A stretch of DNA of 39,240 bases. Source: Halocafeteria seosinensis (lineage: Eukaryota). This document shows positions 37,901 through 39,240 of the stretch, piece by piece (the stretch's first letter is position 1; each line of letters begins with the position of its first letter). Where the stretch lies: assembly GCA_001687465.1 (NCBI GenBank), contig LVLI01000330.1, positions 1-39,240 of the forward strand. The letters run 5' to 3'. A model generated the notes under the pieces. It was not told the DNA's origin and ran no database searches. It saw nothing but the letters and a program-made list of their open reading frames with translations. Both the position numbers and the translations under genes were made by a program.

Positions 37901-37974
37901 CAATGCGTAACACTCAACGGAAAAAGGTGGTGCCGGCGTGGGTGTTAGGCGCTGACAAGGAGTCTGGGTCATAA
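34918..37974 (+). CDS. IQ-motif/coiled-coil protein with an LRRIQ1-like C-terminus; 2 exons
   Basis: Exon 34918-35109, intron 35110..35178, then ORF to 37974. IQ-like motifs: AATDISRIFKGWKARR, AATTICKVVRGWSTRR, AIKLQAWWRAMLAMR, VVIQACTRGWLTRR; these are followed by EELAEVNVDEFL and WGLHDDKAIESWQKRKER...DPLKRLEKF. Confidence 0.8.
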
Positions 37975-38087
37975 TGTGCGAATGATATAAGATTAACACG
38001 TGATGCGTCTGCTAATGATAACAGTTCGTAAACTTGCCAAATTATCCGAACTTAAGCGCTACAAAATAGATTCAGTTGTATGCATGA

Positions 38088-39240
38088 GGCAGATACTACA
38101 TAATGAATGAGAGCTGTCTTGTCGTTTTGGCGTGTTCTAGATTAGCCAGGAATGATTCTCTACGTTGCTTTCTTTCCTTGTTTTCGATCTTGCTCATCGA
38201 CTTCTATAATTTTGGTTGCACTTTCGACAAGTTGTATCACGCTAAATATTTGCTTCATGAAGAAGAACGGAAACCCAAGGTACAGCGCCGTTGTGAAAAT
38301 ACCGACACGATCCAGGATTGGGATCCAGATCGTGAAGTTTGGCCTGCACCATACTTGAAGGGAGATAAAACGAACACCCCACGAGAGTCCAACAATACGG
38401 TAACAACTTACAACATGACGATTCCATATAGTGACATCAAGAACACTTCGTTTCCTAAGCAGAATGTGAAAAGTGCATACGGATATAGGTAATAGAACCG
38501 TAACAAAGGATTTCGAACGGATGTCTTGTGGGAGCCACTTTGAAGAAGCAACGAGCTGTAGCCACAAACTACTTATCGATAACTCAACGTCGCATGCATC
38601 GCTGATTCTCGGCGCAATAAATACTNNGCGTGATCTGTTCCCTGTATGGGCCATACTCCTGAGTTTGGAATTGGTCAGCCACTGGTTGTCTATGTACAGG
38701 TTAGTATTTATTGCGCCGAGAATCAGCGATGCATGCGACGTTGAGTTATCGATAAGTAGTTTGTGGCTACAGCTCGTTGCTTCTTCAAAGTGGCTCCCAC
38801 AAGACATCCGTTCGAAATCCTTTGTTACGGTTCTATTACCTATATCCGTATGCACTTTTCACATTCTGCTTAGGAAACGAAGTGTTCTTGATGTCACTAT
38901 ATGGAATCGTCATGTTGTAAGTTGTTACCGTATTGTTAGACTCTCGTGGGGTGTTCGTTTTATCTCCCTTCAAGTATGGTGCAGGCCAAACTTCACGATC
39001 TGGATCCCAATCCTGGATCGTGTCGGTATTTTCACAACGGCGCTGTACCTTGGGTTTCCGTTCTTCTTCATGAAGCAAATATTTAGCGTGATACAACTTG
39101 TCGAAAGTGCAACCAAAATTATAGAAGTCGATGAGCAAGATCGAAAACAAGGAAAGAAAGCAACGTAGAGAATCATTCCTGGCTAATCTAGAACACGCCA
39201 AAACGACAAGACAGCTCTCATTCATTATGTAGTATCTGCC
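38088..39240. repeat. Long inverted duplication (arms 38088-38625 and 38703-39240, >=538 bp each) around a 77-nt spacer beginning with NN
   Basis: Mirror positions sum to 77328 (e.g. identical 129-aa ORFs 38103..38492+ and 38836..39225-); one mismatch seen, at 38390/38938; NN at 38626-38627. The right arm runs off the window. Confidence 0.97.
38103..38492 (+). CDS. Possible first exon of a hypothetical membrane-anchored protein (mirrored at 38836..39225 on the minus strand)
   Basis: ATG-initiated 129-aa frame with a hydrophobic stretch (CFLSLFSILLIDF) that ends at a donor-like AG|gtaata; truncated by the gap and inversion. Confidence 0.3.
   Translation: MNESCLVVLACSRLARNDSLRCFLSLFSILLIDFYNFGCTFDKLYHAKYLLHEEERKPKVQRRCENTDTIQDWDPDREVWPAPYLKGDKTNTPRESNNTVTTYNMTIPYSDIKNTSFPKQNVKSAYGYR

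Noticed and set aside
38160..39168. Two 231-aa ORFs crossing the palindrome centre
   Set aside because: They are mirror products of the inversion and read through the NN gap; they are not credible proteins.
1..39240. Alternative genetic code, stop-codon readthrough, CRISPR array, tRNA/rRNA, prokaryotic operon
   Set aside because: In the gene models I spliced, ORF breaks are explained by canonical GT-AG introns, and TAA, TAG and TGA all serve as stops; no repeat-spacer array or RNA-gene signature was seen.

Overview
Gene-dense eukaryotic (protist) nuclear DNA with many short (~60-95 nt) GT-AG introns and very short intergenic spacers; the gene content (flagellar-type coiled-coil/IQ proteins, AP2 domains, nucleus-encoded organellar EF-P) suggests a flagellated heterotrophic protist such as a stramenopile (inference). 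Splicing the ORF track by hand gives about 13 genes: a ~1,880-aa coiled-coil protein with axonemal dynein light chain-like and TSNAXIP1-like motifs, a divergent PP2A B56-like protein with an extra N-terminal beta-rich module, mitochondrial EF-P, a membrane-anchored alpha/beta-hydrolase lacking its catalytic Ser, an At3g27390-like membrane protein, an SH3+FH2 formin without FH1, PTEN, a p24/GOLD protein, Med22, a four-AP2 protein with a mitochondrial-type presequence, a CxxC-less nucleoredoxin-like domain fused to a stand-alone p97/CDC48 N-domain, ataxin-10 and an LRRIQ1-like IQ protein. The left edge holds degenerate restriction-like-endonuclease non-LTR retrotransposon fragments; the right edge is a >=538-bp inverted duplication around an NN gap, probably an assembly or amplification artefact. 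The best candidates for novelty are the presequence-bearing 4xAP2 protein, the Trx-like/p97-N fusion, the B56-like fusion and the FH1-less SH3-formin. All family assignments come from motif recognition by eye, not database searches.
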